Positions 62,471-64,000 of a stretch of DNA of 64,000 bases are shown here, piece by piece (position 1 is the stretch's first letter; each line of letters opens with the position of its first letter). A program made the position numbers and the translations under genes. Source of the stretch: Octopus sinensis (Eukaryota); NCBI RefSeq assembly GCF_006345805.1, contig NC_043009.1, forward strand, positions 59,644,001 through 59,708,000, in the 5' to 3' direction. The notes below the pieces were generated by a model that was not told the DNA's origin, made no database searches, and saw only the letters and a program-made list of their open reading frames with translations.

Positions 62471-63545
62471 TAGGCGGCGAGCTGGCAGAATCATTAGCAC
62501 ACTGGGCGAAATGCTTAGCAGTATTTTATCTGTCGCTACATTCTGAGTTCAAATTCAGCCGAGGTTGACTCTGCCTTTTATCCTTTCGGGGTCGATAAAT
62601 TAAATACCAGTTACACACTGGGGTTGATGTAATCAACTAAACCCCTCTCCTTGTGCCTTTAGTAAAAAGGATTATTATTGTTGTTGTTTGGAGGTGGTGA
62701 GTTGGCAGAACCGTGACAGTATCAGAACAAATGCTTTGTAGCATTTATTTTAGCCCTTTAAATTCTGAGTTAAAATCCCAACTTTGCCTTGCACCCTTAC
62801 AGCGTCAATCCCTTAAATATTTCTTTGTCTTGTGCCTAACCCTTTAGCATTCAGATTACTTTGTCAACTGGAATGCTTATCTATTCACCATGCTTCAAAT
62901 CAATCAAGCATTTTCTCACAGCTTCAAGATTTTGATGATGTGCTTGTTTATAATTAGAATGGCATTGTTGGTAAGTGTGAGATGCTGGATCTGGATGGTT
63001 TGAACATAAAACAGGTCAGATATTTTGGTTGGATATGACCTGTTTAAATGCTAAACAGTTAAATTAAAAGCAATTGTTGTTGTCGTTAAGGGTGGTAATT
63101 AGCCGAATTGTTAGTGTGTTGGACAAAAATACCATGTAATATTTCTTCTGACTCTTTATATTCTGGGTTCAAATCGTGACTGAGTCAACTTTGCCTTTTA
63201 TCCCTTCAGGATCAATAAAATAGTTACCAGGTGTGCATTAAGATCAATGTAATCAACATACCCCGTGCCCTAAAACTGCTGGCATTGTGCTAAAATTTGA
63301 AACCATTATTATTATTATTATTACTATTATTAAGGCAGCGAGATGGCAGAATCGTTAGCACACCAAGCATAATACCTAGTGGCATTTCGTCCATCTTTAC
63401 ATTCTGAGTTCAAATTCCGCTGAGGTCGACTTTGCCTATCATCCTTTCAGGGTTGATAAATTAAGTACCAATTGCGCATTGGGGTCGATATAGTTGACTC
63501 ATCTTTTCCCCTCCAAATTGCTACCCTTGTGGAAAAATTTGAAAC
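62471..63545 (+). mobile_element. Chain of four family B-related SINEs of differing divergence
   Basis: Heads at about 62471, 62692, 63087 and 63332, separated by (TTA)/(TTG) tails. Confidence 0.75.
62840..63058. mobile_element. piggyBac-like (TTAA) MITE; related copies at 27265-27500, 60057-60167 and 17528-17600
   Basis: ctaa|CCCTTTAGCATT ... AATGCTAAACAG|ttaa; the other copies begin ttaa|ccc. Confidence 0.7.
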
Positions 63546-63550
63546 CATCA

Positions 63551-63594
<44 letters not shown>

Positions 63595-64000
63595 TATCAT
63601 CATCATCGACATCATCATTATTACAGTCTTTTTTTCTCTGTTATTACACCAAGCACAGCTCTCCGGGTGCCTTGGGTATGAGTAATGTTTTGTTTTTGTT
63701 TGTTTGTGGGTTCTTTTCGTTTTCTATTGTACTGAGCGTTTTTCTATATATATGTATATATATATATTCATCTGTGCCGTGTCTGGTTTTTCTGTGGTTT
63801 TTCTGTGGTACTCTACATAACATGTATGTATATCACCTACTTGTAATATTTTCTGTATATTACATATTTCTGTGTGTCTTACCCCCCCTGGGGTACCCTA
63901 CACAGTATTTGTGTAGGGCATAGTTGTACAACTTTCTCTGTATGTGTGTGGGTAATTTTCTGGTGTTTTAGTCCTACATTTGTCTATCTTGTCACTGTCA

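Noticed and set aside
1-64000. Many track ORFs rich in YI, CV, HT, LSIY, poly-S, poly-T, poly-H or poly-I
   Set aside because: They are translations of (TA)n, (CA)n, (CTAT)n and trinucleotide microsatellites, with no splice support or domain content.
59056-64000. Next Fat exon (expected to begin in phase 0 with an EN/ED-type motif)
   Set aside because: I found no AG-bounded cadherin-like frame; the next exon is presumably beyond the window.

Overview
Eukaryotic, intron-rich genomic DNA, most likely from an octopus (coleoid cephalopod). The species call is an inference from the tRNA-derived SINE, RTE-LINE and Penelope repeat families and the very high microsatellite load. The window holds the middle of one + strand gene, a giant Fat-like cadherin of the FAT1/2/3 / Drosophila kugelei type. 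I could trace 21 coding exons from 15376 to 59055, all with AG/GT boundaries and matching phases. They join into one open frame of 7058 nt (about 2350 aa, about 22 cadherin repeats). The N-terminal exon(s) lie upstream of the window, so 1-15375 is intron. The remaining cadherin, LamG/EGF, transmembrane and cytoplasmic exons lie downstream, so 59056-64000 is intron. Introns are filled with at least three tRNA-headed SINE families, 5'-truncated RTE LINEs with a long repeat-containing 3' UTR, CR1/L2 and mariner fragments, TA- and TTAA-type MITEs, fold-back elements and micro/minisatellites. Nearly all other ORFs in the supplied track are microsatellite or repeat artefacts. The most unusual signal is three minimal type-I hammerhead-ribozyme motifs, all antisense to the gene. 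One of them sits in a Pol III/tRNA-headed SINE-like element (54891-55493), which would be a candidate ribozyme-carrying SINE (retrozyme-like). Repeat family labels A, B and D are my own working names, and repeat boundaries are approximate (about +/-10 nt).
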